From Candidatus Hermodarchaeum yapensis (GTDB taxonomy: Archaea; Asgardarchaeota; Hermodarchaeia; Hermodarchaeales; Hermodarchaeaceae), in NCBI GenBank assembly GCA_016840405.1, contig JAEOSK010000011.1:2634-66633 (forward strand): 64,000 bases of DNA. The letters are read 5' to 3'. This document shows, in pieces, positions 61,670 through 64,000 of this stretch. The notes under the pieces were generated by a model. It did not search any database, had not been told where the DNA came from, and saw only the letters and a program-made list of their open reading frames with translations. A program made the position numbers and the translations under genes. The first letter of the stretch is position 1. Each line of letters begins with the position of its first letter.

Positions 61670-62176
61670 TTAATGGTCTGCGTCCAATGCCACGGGCTCC
61701 GAGCCCGTTACAATCACGTCTGGAAGGACCTTTCGATGCTTCCGAAGAAATGCTAAATCAGCCTTCTGATCCCGACCCGAATCAGGAAGCAACTCCGGGA
61801 TACTCGCAATACGAGAACCAATCGGATAGAACCGCTTACATTTTTCGCAGCGAAGAGCACCCACATTAATTTCGAGACCATGGAAATATTCGACCAGTGG
61901 CACAACATCCATAGGATCCGGCTTCTGCCGAGACAAACTAGCAAACACTTGCCGCGCCTTCGTCAACCGTTTGTCAAAGGTCTTATCCTTCGAGAGATTG
62001 TGGACAGGTTCCAATGATGGCTCACTTAGCACACCCTTCTGATGATGCACAATCAACTCCCCCGCTAACCCCTTTTTATCCTTCAACCGATTTGTCTCCA
62101 CTTGAACCACATAGGTCGTAAGCGGATGTTCCTTACAAATCGGACAAGCCAAAATATTGAGCAACCAGGGCTTCAT
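61670..62176 (-). CDS. Trm112-like zinc-ribbon protein, long form with central insertion
   Basis: The N-terminal 'LLNILACPICKEHPL' and distal 'LRCEKCKRFYPIGSRIASIPELL' together form the Trm112 (DUF343) knuckle. About 85 aa are inserted between the halves. Start taken at Met12. Confidence 0.65.
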   Translation of the reverse strand: MKPWLLNILACPICKEHPLTTYVVQVETNRLKDKKGLAGELIVHHQKGVLSEPSLEPVHNLSKDKTFDKRLTKARQVFASLSRQKPDPMDVVPLVEYFHGLEINVGALRCEKCKRFYPIGSRIASIPELLPDSGRDQKADLAFLRKHRKVLPDVIVTGSEPVALDADH

Positions 62177-62303
62177 AACACCACCTCTAAAAGACCCACT
62201 CTCATTCACAGTTAGCCCCTATTAAACATAGCTCTTCACTAATCAACACTCAGACTTGCCTCAAGCACGAAGGTTTAAGCCAAATAAGCTCCGAACATAA
62301 ACC

Positions 62304-62888
62304 ATGCCAACGCTCCTTGCCCACATCGCCATTGCAGGCCTTGTCTGTCTAGTTCTCGTCAAGGAGCCCAAGTGGGTACTGCTCCTCGTCTGGGTCGCCA
62401 TTCTCCCAGACTTTGACATCTTCTTTGGACTTCATCGCATCATCTTCCACTCCCTTTTCCTCTTGGTCCCAATCAGCGTCGCCATTATCGGCGTTGCTTA
62501 TCGCTGGTACCCCCAATACAAGGAACCTGCCTTCATCATCGCCTTTTGCCTCCTCAGCCACACCATCCTCGACTGGCTCCAATACTGGAACGCCCTCCTC
62601 TGGCCCATCCCCCTCGCCTTCTGGCTCAACATCCAAATCACCATCCTCCCCACCAGCCCCATCCCCACACCACTCCTCATCATCGGACCCATGATCGCCC
62701 CACTCCACGTCCTCTTCGAACCCAGCACAGGCACCCTCTTCGACCCCCTCACCACCACCTTTTTCCTCCTCTTCCTCGCCGTCGCTATCCTCCGCATCTG
62801 GCCCGACTTCTTCCAACGACTCCGTACACACTCAAACAAAACTAAAGAAACTACAACCCCTGCTGAACCAACCGATACCGACCCTTAG
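62304..62888 (+). CDS. Membrane-bound metal-dependent hydrolase family protein (DUF457/YdjM-like)
   Basis: 'MPTLLAHIAIAG', 'LPDFDIFFGLHRIIFHSLF' and 'SHTILDWL', with multiple TM segments. Codons are extremely C-ending. Confidence 0.55.
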   Translation: MPTLLAHIAIAGLVCLVLVKEPKWVLLLVWVAILPDFDIFFGLHRIIFHSLFLLVPISVAIIGVAYRWYPQYKEPAFIIAFCLLSHTILDWLQYWNALLWPIPLAFWLNIQITILPTSPIPTPLLIIGPMIAPLHVLFEPSTGTLFDPLTTTFFLLFLAVAILRIWPDFFQRLRTHSNKTKETTTPAEPTDTDP

Positions 62889-63990
62889 CTAGCCGCACAA
62901 ACTTGCCTTGTTTAATGAGCTTCGCCATCCGATCCGCTAAATAGGCTGAATACCGATCTGCCACCAATCTCTGCAACATCCCATCCTCTTTCAACTCAAG
63001 CAACGCAATCTCCCCACCTCGCCCTTGAGCAAGCTCGATAATACGTTCACGAATCGCGGCAGCACTCTGCAACTTTTCCGCAAACTCCGCATCCAACAAC
63101 TGCTCCTCCCGCACCACCCTAACCCTCCGCCGCACCAGCCACTCATCAAACCCAATCTCACCCAACCAAAACTGACGATACACAATCAAGTCCTTTACTA
63201 AGAAATCACACTGCTCATACCGCGGCGCCAACTGCTTCGCAAACGCCACCACCATCCCTTCAGAGACCTCGCCCTTTCCCCAACCCACTGCTCTCGCAAG
63301 CGCTACCACCCTCTTCCCATGCATCCACTGCCGCCGCCCCTGCAAATACCCCCGCACCGTCGTCTCCGGCATCCCTACTGCCCGCGCCACCGCAACCGCC
63401 GTCCCAAAACGGTTCAATAACCCTTCACGAAGCTGCTGCCACCACTCAGTTCTCACCACAATACGATCCATTTCACTCCAAACACCATCCATTGTCCGCT
63501 CAAGAAAAGCGACTCCCGCAGGTGTCGTTTTGAAAAACGTCGTAAACTTCTGCTTCTCAACCCTCTCAATCCACCCAAGTTTTCGTAATCGCTGAAACAC
63601 CTTAAACAAAAAATCCTCCCGCACCAAAAACTGTCGTGCCACATCTGCTACCGCCCCCACCTCCCGCAACTCCACCAACGTCAAGAAATCCAAATCAAAC
63701 CCATCCAACTCCCGTTCGCTCCAAACCTCATCACACGCCAACTGAAACTCTAACCGCTCCGCCCGCTCCGGATGCGTAAACCCAATATGCTTCGCATACC
63801 ACAAAAACAACGGTCGATACACATCCAAAATAAACCAACTCCGAAACGGCTTCACCGCCCCCACCGACTTCAGTAGAACCTTACACTCCTCTGAGGTCAC
63901 CGTTGACCCCATCAACTCCACAATTAACCTACGCATCTGTTCAAGAATCGTAGCACCACCCGACGTAAACCGGATACTATGTGCCCCCAC
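62851..63990 (-). CDS. Hypothetical protein with several winged-helix/HTH-like segments
   Basis: 379-aa ORF. It has HTH-like 'TAVAVARAVGMPETTVRGYLQGRR', wHTH-like 'RKLGWIERVEKQKF', and a C-terminal 'KFVRLAKGRYRLV' reminiscent of AbiEi-type N-terminal wHTH. Codons are strongly G-ending. The true start may lie beyond the window edge. Confidence 0.5.
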   Translation of the reverse strand: MGAHSIRFTSGGATILEQMRRLIVELMGSTVTSEECKVLLKSVGAVKPFRSWFILDVYRPLFLWYAKHIGFTHPERAERLEFQLACDEVWSERELDGFDLDFLTLVELREVGAVADVARQFLVREDFLFKVFQRLRKLGWIERVEKQKFTTFFKTTPAGVAFLERTMDGVWSEMDRIVVRTEWWQQLREGLLNRFGTAVAVARAVGMPETTVRGYLQGRRQWMHGKRVVALARAVGWGKGEVSEGMVVAFAKQLAPRYEQCDFLVKDLIVYRQFWLGEIGFDEWLVRRRVRVVREEQLLDAEFAEKLQSAAAIRERIIELAQGRGGEIALLELKEDGMLQRLVADRYSAYLADRMAKLIKQGKFVRLAKGRYRLVQQGL

Positions 63991-64000
63991 ATGCCCATCA

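Noticed and set aside
62349-62845. Four overlapping ORFs (minus 160 aa and 113 aa; plus 93 aa and 99 aa, P/H-rich)
   Set aside because: They are artefacts of the extreme C-rich, stop-poor composition. Only the 62304-62888 frame gives a coherent multi-TM protein with H/D motifs.
1-64000. Looked for CRISPR arrays, transposases or IS elements, integrases, rRNA genes and defence systems
   Set aside because: I saw no repeat-spacer periodicity, no DDE or tyrosine-recombinase-like ORFs and no rRNA-like sequence. Apart from the intein, the window is core housekeeping.

Overview
This is an archaeal chromosomal segment of about 90 tightly packed, often overlapping genes, all but six on the minus strand. 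There is no rRNA, CRISPR array or transposase.

The window concatenates conserved archaeal information-processing clusters:
- the exosome/proteasome superoperon (L15e, DUF54, Rpp30, Pop5, PsmA, SBDS, Rrp4, Rrp41, Rrp42, L37Ae, Brix, Pcc1, prefoldin beta)
- Kae1/Bud32, and S15 / RecJ-like / S3Ae
- aIF2gamma, PIN, RpoE', Spt4, DPCK, S24e, S27ae
- S6e/aIF5B, and L7Ae/S28e/L24e
- an archaeal (anhydromevalonate-type) mevalonate pathway cluster
- S2, RpoN, S9, L13, L18e, RpoD, S11, S4, S13
- tRNA-Ser, then Cbf5, L14e, Cmk, DUF106, Adk, SecY
- the L22-to-L15 ribosomal protein operon

Main observations:
1. cbf5 appears to need two splicing layers. A 42-nt in-frame insert containing stop codons, with bulge-helix-bulge-like geometry (candidate pre-mRNA intron), separates the N-terminal 47 codons. 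A 544-aa LAGLIDADG intein interrupts the catalytic domain.
2. At least ten ribosomal, RNA polymerase and exosome proteins carry long K/P/A/E low-complexity tails encoded by short DNA repeats.
3. An Hsp20 gene sits inside the ribosomal operon between L30 and L15.
4. S27ae has an in-frame TGA at codon 4 and no other usable start codon.
5. A GC-rich, hairpin-dense non-coding locus of about 350 nt lies upstream of rpl22. It is a candidate large structured RNA whose identity I could not resolve by eye.
6. The last ~2.3 kb shows an abrupt compositional and strand-asymmetry shift, and its final 1.1 kb encodes an orphan multi-wHTH protein.

All calls rest on reading the translations and the sequence by eye. 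No database search was run.
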